Virus record (IMG/VR): IMGVR_UViG_3300037067_003400
Location: 96,001 to 160,000 of that record
Length of the DNA: 64,000 bases
Reading direction: 5' to 3' (one strand)
Source: a virus
Taxonomy: Duplodnaviria > Caudoviricetes
Part shown: positions 40,003 through 49,270 of the stretch, in pieces
Position numbering within the stretch: position 1 is the stretch's first letter
Layout: every line of letters starts with the position of its first letter
Program-made: the position numbers and the translations under genes
The notes under the pieces: generated by a model
The model's input: only the letters and a program-made list of their open reading frames with translations
Database searches by the model: none
What the model was told of the DNA's origin: nothing

Positions 40003-41024
40003 CCATGTGTTAGTCTATCTATTGTTACTTCTAAACTATTGTTTGCTTTGTTAGCATTTAAAATACTTGCTGTTTCAATAGCTTTAGTTATTGTAGCAAT
40101 AACTTCTTGCTTATCTACTATATTAGGTATGGAAAACATACTTTCATTAGTTACTCCTCCGCCAATGTGACTAAAGAATATAGACATATCTAAATCTGAT
40201 GCCATCTTTATAAGATCTTCTACTTGTTTATAAGTAGACTTCATTATAATAGAATTTATATTAAGTCTCCAGTTAGGATGTAGCTTTGCAGTTTCACTTA
40301 ACACTTTTAAATTCGAGTACAATTTATCCCAGGAAAAATGTCTTATGCTTTCATAAGTTTCTTTCATACCATCTACTCTTACAGTAATGAATAGGTTATC
40401 TATCTTTTCAAGTGTTTCTAAATTTTCTGGGATAAGAGTTCCGTTAGTTGTTAAATAGATACATGTTCCTTTAGTGTCTTCTTCGGAGACTAACTTTAAT
40501 AAGTCTTTACCATCAGGACTTACAAAAGATTCTCCACCTATAAAACCGAAGCGGTCTAATTTTTCCCAGCCTATTTCATGTACTACATTAATTATGTTTT
40601 CCACAGGAAATAGCTTTGTTGCTCTTCTATCCCTTGGGCACATCTTACAAGATAGATTACATATCTCAGAATGTGCTACATACAATTCTATAGGAGGGTG
40701 TTTTAATGTTACCATACCATACTGATATTCTTTATTGACAGTGTTAAAATACTCTATTGTTTCTTGTGTCTTGTTAATAGAGAATAGTGGTATGTTTTCT
40801 CCAATACCTAATATGTCATGATGATTATTATATTTTTGGTTTGGGCAGTTAGAACATTTATTTAGTCTTAGGTTCTTATATGTAGGCCCATTCCAAATTC
40901 TCATTACTTCTTCTAATGATTTTGGTGTAAGTCCAAATTGTATATTGGAATGGTAGCAACAAGGGCCACCTGTATTATTAATAGTCATGGATAATGTAGT
41001 CCATGGAAAAGAACAACTTATCAT
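39996..41024 (-). CDS. radical SAM enzyme with N-terminal SPASM/twitch domain
   Basis: CSFPW..PCC..WNG..CSNC, then CNLSCKMC, GGE, TTNG. Confidence 0.9.
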   Translation of the reverse strand: MISCSFPWTTLSMTINNTGGPCCYHSNIQFGLTPKSLEEVMRIWNGPTYKNLRLNKCSNCPNQKYNNHHDILGIGENIPLFSINKTQETIEYFNTVNKEYQYGMVTLKHPPIELYVAHSEICNLSCKMCPRDRRATKLFPVENIINVVHEIGWEKLDRFGFIGGESFVSPDGKDLLKLVSEEDTKGTCIYLTTNGTLIPENLETLEKIDNLFITVRVDGMKETYESIRHFSWDKLYSNLKVLSETAKLHPNWRLNINSIIMKSTYKQVEDLIKMASDLDMSIFFSHIGGGVTNESMFSIPNIVDKQEVIATITKAIETASILNANKANNSLEVTIDRLTHGW

Positions 41025-41923
41025 TTTATATCCTTTAGTTTATTTTCTATATCATTCCAAAATGTATTAGGTGATGCAATAGCTGGTAGTTTTGTGTATC
41101 CATTTTTTTGTATTGTAGTTAGTAAGGTGCTATCATTTACATATGTAACAAGTTCATTAATATTATTAAATGCTATATAATCTACCATTGGTTTTAGAAA
41201 CTTCTCAGTAAAACTACATTGAGGTTCTGCCAATACTGTACCGCACATTAGTACTTCTGATACCCTACCTTTCCTATGTGGTATGTTATCGCATGCCCAT
41301 GGAAAGTTTAAAGCTATCTTTGATCTTTGTAGTATATTAGCATAGGTTTCTATTGGCTTTAGCCCATCTCTTTTTCTATCTGATATTAATACGTTTAAGT
41401 TGTTATCTAAGTTTTTTAAAATACTAAACCTATCTTCTCGTATACTTCCTACAAAACTTATATCTATATCTTTTTCAACATTTATAGGTTGAAAATATTG
41501 TTGTGAGTGTGGGTGTGTTGTAAATAATACTCTACCCGGTTTCTTAGCTATTTTCTCATAATCAGGGTTATCCATTACTATTACACAATCACATAAGCTT
41601 TCTAACATTTTTGCTTGTTTTATATTTTCATCTGAAATAGAATCCCATACTATTCCAAAGGTTGGTATACCATAATTTTTTCTTACTCTTACTATATTTA
41701 CTGGTTTATATGGGTAGTGTGAGTACACTATCGTATCTGGTTTAAAATTTTCACAGGCCTCATTAATTTTTGTTATATAATCTTCTGCTTCATCATAAAA
41801 TATAGTATGTATTTCCAAGCCAGCTACAGTAGTGGCTGGTTGATAGATAGCTAAGTATGGTGTGGATAGCATACTATTTCTATTACAGTCTGTATATTTA
41901 TCTAATATTAATAAGGCCTTCAT
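41021..41923 (-). CDS. GT-B glycosyltransferase (CgeB-like)
   Basis: DIDISFVGS..R, SKIALNF, KGRVSEVLMCG. Confidence 0.85.
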   Translation of the reverse strand: MKALLILDKYTDCNRNSMLSTPYLAIYQPATTVAGLEIHTIFYDEAEDYITKINEACENFKPDTIVYSHYPYKPVNIVRVRKNYGIPTFGIVWDSISDENIKQAKMLESLCDCVIVMDNPDYEKIAKKPGRVLFTTHPHSQQYFQPINVEKDIDISFVGSIREDRFSILKNLDNNLNVLISDRKRDGLKPIETYANILQRSKIALNFPWACDNIPHRKGRVSEVLMCGTVLAEPQCSFTEKFLKPMVDYIAFNNINELVTYVNDSTLLTTIQKNGYTKLPAIASPNTFWNDIENKLKDIK

Positions 41924-41926
41924 ATA

Positions 41927-43699
41927 TTAATCTACTATTATGTTAGCTTCGTACTCATCCCTTGGAAGTTTAGGAGCCTGGTCATGTATTGGTGTGCCCC
42001 AACCTAATTTAGGTGAGTACTCATAAAAGTCTTTCATATCTAAGTTGATTACTACTGGTCCTACCATTTCAAGTATCTCAGGTAGATACTCTAACTCTTT
42101 ATGATTAGCAAGTGTTACCGTCTTTAATCCAAAAGCTTTAGCTACTTTTACTACATCTGGGAATGCAAGCCCATGATCAGTATCGGCTCCAGCAAAGTTA
42201 CTATCACAGTTTGTTTGTCTAAAAGCATGTGTGATCCCATAACCACTGTTGTTGTAAATAAACAATTTAACATTTAGGTTCTTCATATTAAGAGTTGCAA
42301 GTTCCTGTATGTTAAAGTTTAAACCCCCATCTCCATTTAGACAAATGACTCTTTTACCAGTTGCAATAGCTGCCCCTATAGAAGCAGGTAGAGCATACCC
42401 TAGTGAAGCATTACCGTTGTTAGCAAATAGAATCTGTCCTTCCTTTGCCTTAAATGCTTGTGCTGTAGTGACACCATTTCCACCAATATCTGTCACAATA
42501 ATATCATCTTTAGAAAGTACTTTAGATAATTCCTCTATGAATACATATGGATTAATATGTTCTTTCTGCTCATAGTATTTAGGTAATACCACTGGGTACT
42601 TCGCCTTCCACTCTTTTACTTTGTCTACCCACCATTGTATAGATGGTACTTTAATTTCTACTGCGTTCATTGTCTTCACAAATGTTTTAGCATCTGAGAC
42701 TATTGGGATATCTGGTGTTACCATATTATATCTTAGTTCTGCCTCATCTACATTTACAAAGACTTTCTTTGCATTCTGAGCAAACGTAGGTACTTCCCCT
42801 CCCGTAATCCTTCCAGAAATTCTTGAGCCAATAGCAATAAGTAAATCAGAATTTTGTATGCCAAAGTTTCTACCGTCTCCTCCGAATGTTCCAACTCTTC
42901 CGCCGAATAATGGGTGTGTGTCATCACAGAAGTCTACTGCATTCCAGGTTTCAAAGAAAGGTATGCCCCATTTTTCTATAAGGTCTAATACTTCTCTCTT
43001 ATTCCACTTTACACCACCACCTACTAATATAGCTGGTCTCTTAGAGTTTTCTATGAACTCTTTTATTTTATCTATATCCTTTTTAGAGATTTCATAGTTA
43101 GGTTCTGGTGACATAGTATAGAAACCACTTACTGGGTATGTTCCGGTTTCTGTAAAGTGGAGTCCAAAGAGTGTGAAGTCATATATATCTTGATGCTGTA
43201 TATTCATTGGTATATCTAACAGCACTGGGCCAGGTCTTCCTTCTTGTGCTATTCTCCAGGCTTTTTCTAACTCTTCTTTGATGTCATCTTTCTTTTTAAT
43301 CTGCACAGCATACTTAGTAATTGGTTCCACTATAGAAACTACATCAGTTTCCTGGAATCCTACCTGTCTGAGTTTAGGATTAGTATTTATAAAGTTAGAG
43401 TTAATTTGTCCTGTTAAGAATATAGCTGGTGTGCCATCATAATAGCATGTGGCTATTCCAGTTACTAAGTTCTCTGCTCCAGGTCCTGAAGTTGCAATCA
43501 TAACTGACATTCTACCAGAAGCTTTCTGGTAACCATCAATCATAAATGCTCCTGCCTGTTCATGTAATGGACAGTGATATGGCAGTCCTGCATCAGCTAC
43601 TGCACATATTAAGTGAGCACATGCTGCGCCATCAATTAAGAAAACATCCTTGATTTCTTTTTCTTTTAAGAAACCTGCTACGTAATTTGCTACTTTCAT
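41927..43699 (-). CDS. thiamine-diphosphate-dependent enzyme, acetolactate-synthase fold (YerE-like candidate)
   Basis: HEQAG, TSGPG, GFQETD, GRPGPV, GDGG...NN; located inside a sugar operon. Confidence 0.92.
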   Translation of the reverse strand: MKVANYVAGFLKEKEIKDVFLIDGAACAHLICAVADAGLPYHCPLHEQAGAFMIDGYQKASGRMSVMIATSGPGAENLVTGIATCYYDGTPAIFLTGQINSNFINTNPKLRQVGFQETDVVSIVEPITKYAVQIKKKDDIKEELEKAWRIAQEGRPGPVLLDIPMNIQHQDIYDFTLFGLHFTETGTYPVSGFYTMSPEPNYEISKKDIDKIKEFIENSKRPAILVGGGVKWNKREVLDLIEKWGIPFFETWNAVDFCDDTHPLFGGRVGTFGGDGRNFGIQNSDLLIAIGSRISGRITGGEVPTFAQNAKKVFVNVDEAELRYNMVTPDIPIVSDAKTFVKTMNAVEIKVPSIQWWVDKVKEWKAKYPVVLPKYYEQKEHINPYVFIEELSKVLSKDDIIVTDIGGNGVTTAQAFKAKEGQILFANNGNASLGYALPASIGAAIATGKRVICLNGDGGLNFNIQELATLNMKNLNVKLFIYNNSGYGITHAFRQTNCDSNFAGADTDHGLAFPDVVKVAKAFGLKTVTLANHKELEYLPEILEMVGPVVINLDMKDFYEYSPKLGWGTPIHDQAPKLPRDEYEANIIVD

Positions 43700-45144
43700 C
43701 TATTGAGCTCCCGTTGTGTAAGTTGTTTTACATTTTCAAATATTGTTTCCCCAAACTTATCTTTAATCATATTAAGATAGTCTGGGTTTCTAAAGTATAT
43801 ATTAAAAGCTTTGTCTCTAAACTTTACCACTTTTTCTCCAGAGAGATGTTTAGTAGGTAATGGCTTTGAATATTTAGAGTATTGTGTATATCCTTCCCAT
43901 GACTCTGGGAGGTTTTCCTTTGGTGTGTCCTCATAGAGTTTACTACCTGGGTAGGCCATGGCACAATTAAAGTTAGCCCACTCTGCATTGATGTCTATAG
44001 CCATATCAAGAGTAGCTTGCATAGTTTTATAGTTATCTTCTGGTAGCCCAAAGATGTAGTTTGCACATATATAGGCGCCTGTGTCTTGTAGAATTTTTAC
44101 ACCCTTCTTTATTTTATCTAAAGAAGATTTCTTATTTACATCTGCAAGTACTACTTCACTACCAGACTCTATACCAATGGCAAACCATTTAATACCAGCC
44201 TTAATTAATTTCTTTGTAAGTTCTTCATTTAAGGTATCTAATCTTGCATATGCCCAGAAGTTAATATTATAATTTCTTTTTATAAGCCCATCACAGATAT
44301 CATTGATTCTTTTAGTATCCATTACAAATAGCTCGTCTGCTATCTTTATATTCTTTATGCCATATTTTTTATGGAGTACATCTATCTCTCTTAGTACCCA
44401 ATCTGCAGAGAAGGTTCTATAAGAAGGTCTTGTCATTCCACGTGTATACTCTCCTTCTTTAAATGGAGCTTGTATACAGCAGAAGCTACAAGACATAGGA
44501 CATCCTAAAGATGTATAGATAGACGCATACGAATTGATAGTATCTGGATTCTCGAAACAATGCCAGTTGTGTGCTCTATACTTAGTCATGTCTAATAGGT
44601 GCCACGGTAATGAAGGGTATACTTCATCTAAGTTTTCTATAAGAGCTGCTGTGCATCTAGAAGAACATGTGTCACCAAATCTATTAATATATATAAGCCC
44701 AGGAACATTAGTTATATCTACACCATTTAATAGTGCAGCTATAGTTATTGGTCCTTCTCCTGTGCAGCAGTAGTCTGCTTTAGTTTCTAATAGTGACTTT
44801 CTTGGTAAAGCAGCTATGTGCCCCCCAACAAGTAGCACCTTTATCGAGCCTCCCAGTTGTTGTACTAATTCTTTTGTGTAAGGCATCAACTGAGTAGATG
44901 CAGATGGGTTATGTCCATATACTACAATTACTACCAGCTTTGGGTTTATGTCTGTTATCTTAGCAGCACAAGTTGCTGGGTCATAGTTGTTAGCATGTGC
45001 ATCTATTATTTGTACAGTGTGCCTATTCTTAAGTATATTAGATGCAAGCATGAGACACCAGATAGGCGGTTCTTTAGCCATTAGGTCATGAGCTAAATTG
45101 TCATACATCTTAGTTGCATTTGGATTTACTAAAACTACATCCAC
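43696..45144 (-). CDS. cobalamin-dependent radical SAM enzyme (class B methyltransferase-like)
   Basis: N-terminal B12-binding domain (GGH, GEG), SLGCPMSCSFC, GIESG, IFGLP, YPGS. Confidence 0.93.
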   Translation of the reverse strand: MDVVLVNPNATKMYDNLAHDLMAKEPPIWCLMLASNILKNRHTVQIIDAHANNYDPATCAAKITDINPKLVVIVVYGHNPSASTQLMPYTKELVQQLGGSIKVLLVGGHIAALPRKSLLETKADYCCTGEGPITIAALLNGVDITNVPGLIYINRFGDTCSSRCTAALIENLDEVYPSLPWHLLDMTKYRAHNWHCFENPDTINSYASIYTSLGCPMSCSFCCIQAPFKEGEYTRGMTRPSYRTFSADWVLREIDVLHKKYGIKNIKIADELFVMDTKRINDICDGLIKRNYNINFWAYARLDTLNEELTKKLIKAGIKWFAIGIESGSEVVLADVNKKSSLDKIKKGVKILQDTGAYICANYIFGLPEDNYKTMQATLDMAIDINAEWANFNCAMAYPGSKLYEDTPKENLPESWEGYTQYSKYSKPLPTKHLSGEKVVKFRDKAFNIYFRNPDYLNMIKDKFGETIFENVKQLTQRELNR

Positions 45145-45743
45145 TGGATTTCTCCGTTACGAACTACATCCCAGACATTAATTAGAACTCCAATACCACA
45201 GTGACACTGATTAGGTTCACTTATAAATTCTTTGTATTCAAACTTATCTTTGTATTCATTCCAGAATAAATCTACTTTACAGAACTCTCCTTGATGTAGG
45301 TGTGGTAGTATGTCATGAAATACTACCAGCCCATCCTTTGCTACTAATGGTCCATACATTAGAAAGTCTTGTTCTATTCCTTTATGTGTATGGTCACCAT
45401 CTAAGAAGATGAAGTCATATTCTGGAGAGAACTTCTTTATAGTTTCAAGAGTTCCTGGGTTATGTGAGTCCGCCTGAAGAAAATGAAAGTCTATATCAAA
45501 GTTCTTTACTGTATTTTCATGTAGTCTATTCTTCTTTATATCACAGGCTATCACAAGTGCTCCAGGCTGTGAGTGTTTAGCCCACTGGAATAGTGTGCCA
45601 CCCTGGTCAGTGCCTACTTCTAATACTCTTGTTGGTTTTAGTTCTTGATACATGTGTAACAAAGCTTCAAACTCTTCCTTCATTTGATAAGGCATAACAT
45701 ATTGAGGACAGTCTGGATCTTTGAATGTATACTCTATAACCAT
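45135..45743 (-). CDS. class I SAM-dependent methyltransferase (Methyltransf_24-like)
   Basis: LEVGTDQGG, FLDGDH, VFHD; start probably at the second Met, coupled to the upstream stop. Confidence 0.9.
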   Translation of the reverse strand: MVIEYTFKDPDCPQYVMPYQMKEEFEALLHMYQELKPTRVLEVGTDQGGTLFQWAKHSQPGALVIACDIKKNRLHENTVKNFDIDFHFLQADSHNPGTLETIKKFSPEYDFIFLDGDHTHKGIEQDFLMYGPLVAKDGLVVFHDILPHLHQGEFCKVDLFWNEYKDKFEYKEFISEPNQCHCGIGVLINVWDVVRNGEIQWM

Positions 45744-46141
45744 TAGGCATCCCCACAAATACAAGCTAATATATCTATAGATACTTCGTTGCTATTACTA
45801 ACACATAGCACATCTTTCATTTCTGGAAACTGATTATGTAAAGCCACAACCTTACACTCTTCTGGTAATAGTCCCATGTTCTTAGCACAGGTAGCTAATA
45901 CATACTCATAACTACTTGTTTCTACACTTGACACGATACTATTAACTAAATGATTTATATTTAGTTTATTAATTATATTTTGCATTACTCCTAAAGGTTC
46001 TTTAGAGTATACACATTTCTGTAATCCAAGCAAAGCAAGTTCTATAAAGAGTCTTGACTTATCTTTATTTTCTTTTATCTCAGATATATTAACAGGTATA
46101 TCTGTTATAGTATCTAATCCAAAGATTACTCCCTTAATCAT
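45743..46141 (-). CDS. degenerate HAD-fold protein
   Basis: IKGVIFGLD (first Asp replaced by Gly), MGLLPEEC. Confidence 0.55.
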   Translation of the reverse strand: MIKGVIFGLDTITDIPVNISEIKENKDKSRLFIELALLGLQKCVYSKEPLGVMQNIINKLNINHLVNSIVSSVETSSYEYVLATCAKNMGLLPEECKVVALHNQFPEMKDVLCVSNSNEVSIDILACICGDA

Positions 46142-46779
46142 TTTTTCCCTCCAAGCTGTTTTACTGGTACAGCTTTTTTAATAAGTTCCTCAAAGTTTTT
46201 GTTATTGTTATCTGTCATCCCATAATGTAAGTTTAGTATTTCACCGTCAGCTATTCTTCCTTGTGCGGCAGGGTCTGGGGTACATAATTTCCTATCACTA
46301 CTTAGATTGATTCTTAATGTAGATGAAAAGATTATTGGCTTAGAATCTAAAGCAAAACAAACACCCTCCTTATAGACATTATATATCATCTTGTCTATGG
46401 GGGGTGTTACGTCACTAACCATTTCATATTGTGTTGGCTTTATTATTGTTGCGCCGAGTTGCTGATGCCTTCTTAATCTTTTTAGTAGGTCTTTGTGAAA
46501 AATAAACTCATTAGGCTCTGTTACTATAACCCAGTCTACAGCTTTAGAATGTATTTGATACATTGTGTTCATTAAGTTTGTTATAGTTTGCTCATTTATA
46601 GTGTTTAGTTTTACATTCTTTAAAATTGCATTAGGATATTGAGCAACTAAGTCTACTATGTTGTCTGTAGAATCTGCATCAAATATGAACATCTTTTCAG
46701 TAAACTTGCTATAATGCCTAAGCCACTGCTCTAACATAGCAGCATTGTTGTAGCAATGCGTATATGCATGAACTATCAT
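46138..46779 (-). CDS. GT2-like protein with degenerate DxD motif
   Basis: CYN..ML..WLRHY, DADSTD, WVIVTEPNEF, LHY. Confidence 0.7.
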   Translation of the reverse strand: MIVHAYTHCYNNAAMLEQWLRHYSKFTEKMFIFDADSTDNIVDLVAQYPNAILKNVKLNTINEQTITNLMNTMYQIHSKAVDWVIVTEPNEFIFHKDLLKRLRRHQQLGATIIKPTQYEMVSDVTPPIDKMIYNVYKEGVCFALDSKPIIFSSTLRINLSSDRKLCTPDPAAQGRIADGEILNLHYGMTDNNNKNFEELIKKAVPVKQLGGKK

Positions 46780-46810
46780 TAATTGTCCTCCAACAAGAAT
46801 AAAATTTATT

Positions 46811-46828
46811 CTCTAATTATATTATACA
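46811..46828 (-). promoter_or_regulatory. putative promoter of the glycan operon
   Basis: Minus strand TGTATAATATAATTAGAG, downstream of the helicase terminator. Confidence 0.55.
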
Positions 46829-46837
46829 AATTGACAC

Positions 46838-46868
46838 AAAAAAATTCCAGTATTAACATACTGGAAAT
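46838..46868 (-). terminator. intrinsic terminator after the helicase gene
   Basis: Minus strand TTCCAGTAT..ATACTGGAA followed by a T-run. Confidence 0.7.
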
Positions 46869-46876
46869 AAATGTTG

Positions 46877-49270
46877 CTATTTTTTAACAGGTTTTTTTAT
46901 GTTCTTAGAGTATATTAAATCTCTCCAGAAGTTTTGCCATGTTGGGTCAGCCTCTTCTACTAAACAAAATGCAGGGTAGTGTTCAAAGAATATGATAGAG
47001 TTAAACTCTGATGTTTTATTTTTTACTATATCTAATTCTATTATAGGAAACTTATCTTTTACTACAGTCCCATCTTCATTGTTTATAATAACTTCACCAA
47101 AAACTTCTGCATTCTCTCTGTTAATCTTGTAGTCAGAATAAAGAGCTCCCATTATCTTAGCATCATATCCAGCTGCTACTGAGCCTTTAACTGATTCTTG
47201 GTCTAACCCCCTACGTAAAGATCCCTTTGGTGTATGGGATGTTACTATAATACTACACTTTTCTGATTCTGCTAACGTTACTAATTCATTAGAGGTGTAT
47301 GCTTCAATCTGTATCTTATCATTATATCCTCCCCTAAAGTCATCAGCTACTATATTATGAAACCCATCTATTGTTACTACAAGCTTTTTATCCCCATACA
47401 TATCTCTCTGTGCTTGCACTATAGTTTTTATCTGGGATAGATTACGTGCGTTCTTGTTGAAATCTGTGCACTCTACTATAGTAAGTCTCGGAGCAATAGC
47501 ATCAAACCAATAAGTTTCAGCATCAAAGACTCTTTTGTTTTCTTCTTCAGTTCTTGTGAATGCATATCTTACTTTGTTAATCTTTACTTTAGATAGTCTT
47601 GCTATAGAGTTTCTAAATCTTGTAGCAAAATCATCATCCAAAGATACATCTAATACTTGTACTTCTGGTGTATGTTCTATTAAATGTGTGTAAGCATTTA
47701 ATTGAATAGTACTATTATGCACTATAAAACCATTGGCTATAAAGTTATGCGTTTTTGGTACCATTATATCATATGTCTTTTTTGGACCTACTGACTCTAT
47801 ACTTACTATTGTGTCCCATACTATGTCGGAGTTTCCTAAATTTATTAAGTAGTCATCTTTTATATATTTCCCTAAATCCACAGCGATGCTTCTATGCAAT
47901 GCTCTATTGTACCCACGCACAGAGTCTATACTACGTTTAGATATTTTTGTGTTTCGTAATTTTTGGTTTATGTATTCTCTAATTTCTTTTGGTATGTTTT
48001 GTAGTGCACTATTCCTTGATTTTCTTAATATAGGTGTTTCTATTATTTGTTTTAATTTTTCTTCTTTTTCAGCAATACCTATTTGTTCTATAAAGTTCAC
48101 AATATTTATTCTGTCTAAAATATCTAACTGGAAAGCATAACATATTTTTCCATTACATTTTATTTTCCTTGGTTTTTTTGATGATTGTATACCAAATTTT
48201 GATAATAGAAATTGTAGCTGGTCTACTAATTTTTCAGACTTTGATGTATATGTAATACCACAATCACCTCTTTTATTTATGTATGCTGAGCCATCACAAG
48301 CATATAAATACTTTATAAATGTGGCTACTTTGTCTTTTGGTGCATTCATTACCTGTTCTGGTATATCTTTATTACCAGATACCTTTGAGTATACATTATA
48401 CTTTTTAAGGAATCTTACTAATTCACATGTAGTATCTTGCTCTGACATTGGTATATAGTTTAATTCTTTTGCAACGTCTATTATTTTTTGCCGTGTAAGT
48501 TCATTACACCTTTTTCCAGTTAAAGCATTTAGTACACTAACAGTACAAAGTCCTAATTTTTTAGCTATATCAGCATATGTTACTGCTTTTACGTTTTTTG
48601 GCTTACTAAATACGTAAGAGCTTGCTTTGTTGTTTTTCTTTGTGTACACTGCTATATGGTGTACTCCACACTCTATAGTTATTGCTTGTTGCAATTGTAA
48701 AACTAAATTTGTATTTGCTGTAGTAAAAGATGGGTTTACATCTATTACACTTCCATCTCCGATTAGTAGCCCTAATATTATACAAGCATTATCTGTTATT
48801 TCTTCTGTACCAAACAAAGGTATTTCTCTTGCTAATGCTATTCTATCCTTTATTTGTAAATCTTTTAATGCTGTCCAGCCACTTAGTTTTAAAAATGGGT
48901 GGTTGTCAGAGGTAAGTATACTTCTACCTGTAGCCGTTGTTACTTTATAGCACTCTTTTATACCACTATATGTACTTTTAGAAGCAGGAATTAGCTTTAG
49001 CTTATAATTTTCTGCTAAAGATAATACATTTGTTTCTAAAAAGTTTTCTATTGGTACTAACTTTCCGTTAAGGTCTGGTATTACTGTACCTTCTGCTAAG
49101 CATTTACCAATGTTAGGTGGAGCTGGTAAGAAGAATACTCCATAGTCATATCCTTCAGTTGCTGCATTCATTGTCTCCCAACCAAAGTCTAAGTATCTTT
49201 CTTTTCTTTCTGCATCTTGCTCTCTTACTTCTTGAGCTTTCTTAAATATGCTTGGAAATTCTATAGTCAT
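46877..49270 (-). CDS. DnaB-like SF4 replicative helicase containing an intein
   Basis: Walker A APPNIGK|ST split by the intein; IDGFH, TSH, YDAK, KNK motifs. Confidence 0.88.
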   Translation of the reverse strand: MTIEFPSIFKKAQEVREQDAERKERYLDFGWETMNAATEGYDYGVFFLPAPPNIGKCLAEGTVIPDLNGKLVPIENFLETNVLSLAENYKLKLIPASKSTYSGIKECYKVTTATGRSILTSDNHPFLKLSGWTALKDLQIKDRIALAREIPLFGTEEITDNACIILGLLIGDGSVIDVNPSFTTANTNLVLQLQQAITIECGVHHIAVYTKKNNKASSYVFSKPKNVKAVTYADIAKKLGLCTVSVLNALTGKRCNELTRQKIIDVAKELNYIPMSEQDTTCELVRFLKKYNVYSKVSGNKDIPEQVMNAPKDKVATFIKYLYACDGSAYINKRGDCGITYTSKSEKLVDQLQFLLSKFGIQSSKKPRKIKCNGKICYAFQLDILDRINIVNFIEQIGIAEKEEKLKQIIETPILRKSRNSALQNIPKEIREYINQKLRNTKISKRSIDSVRGYNRALHRSIAVDLGKYIKDDYLINLGNSDIVWDTIVSIESVGPKKTYDIMVPKTHNFIANGFIVHNSTIQLNAYTHLIEHTPEVQVLDVSLDDDFATRFRNSIARLSKVKINKVRYAFTRTEEENKRVFDAETYWFDAIAPRLTIVECTDFNKNARNLSQIKTIVQAQRDMYGDKKLVVTIDGFHNIVADDFRGGYNDKIQIEAYTSNELVTLAESEKCSIIVTSHTPKGSLRRGLDQESVKGSVAAGYDAKIMGALYSDYKINRENAEVFGEVIINNEDGTVVKDKFPIIELDIVKNKTSEFNSIIFFEHYPAFCLVEEADPTWQNFWRDLIYSKNIKKPVKK
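47714..49102 (-). mobile_element. intein (463 aa) with LAGLIDADG endonuclease and embedded LacI-type HTH
   Basis: Begins CLAEGT, TSDNHPF block B, LGLLIGDG and LYACDG, ends HNFIANGFIVHN followed by Ser. Confidence 0.95.

Noticed and set aside
41927-43699. ilvB for branched-chain amino acid synthesis
   Set aside because: No regulatory subunit or other ilv genes; embedded in a nucleotide-sugar operon
32699-46779. Bacterial chromosomal O-antigen or capsule locus
   Set aside because: No flippase, polymerase or export genes; flanked by phage-type genes and headed by the same promoter motif as other blocks, although a chimeric assembly cannot be excluded from sequence alone
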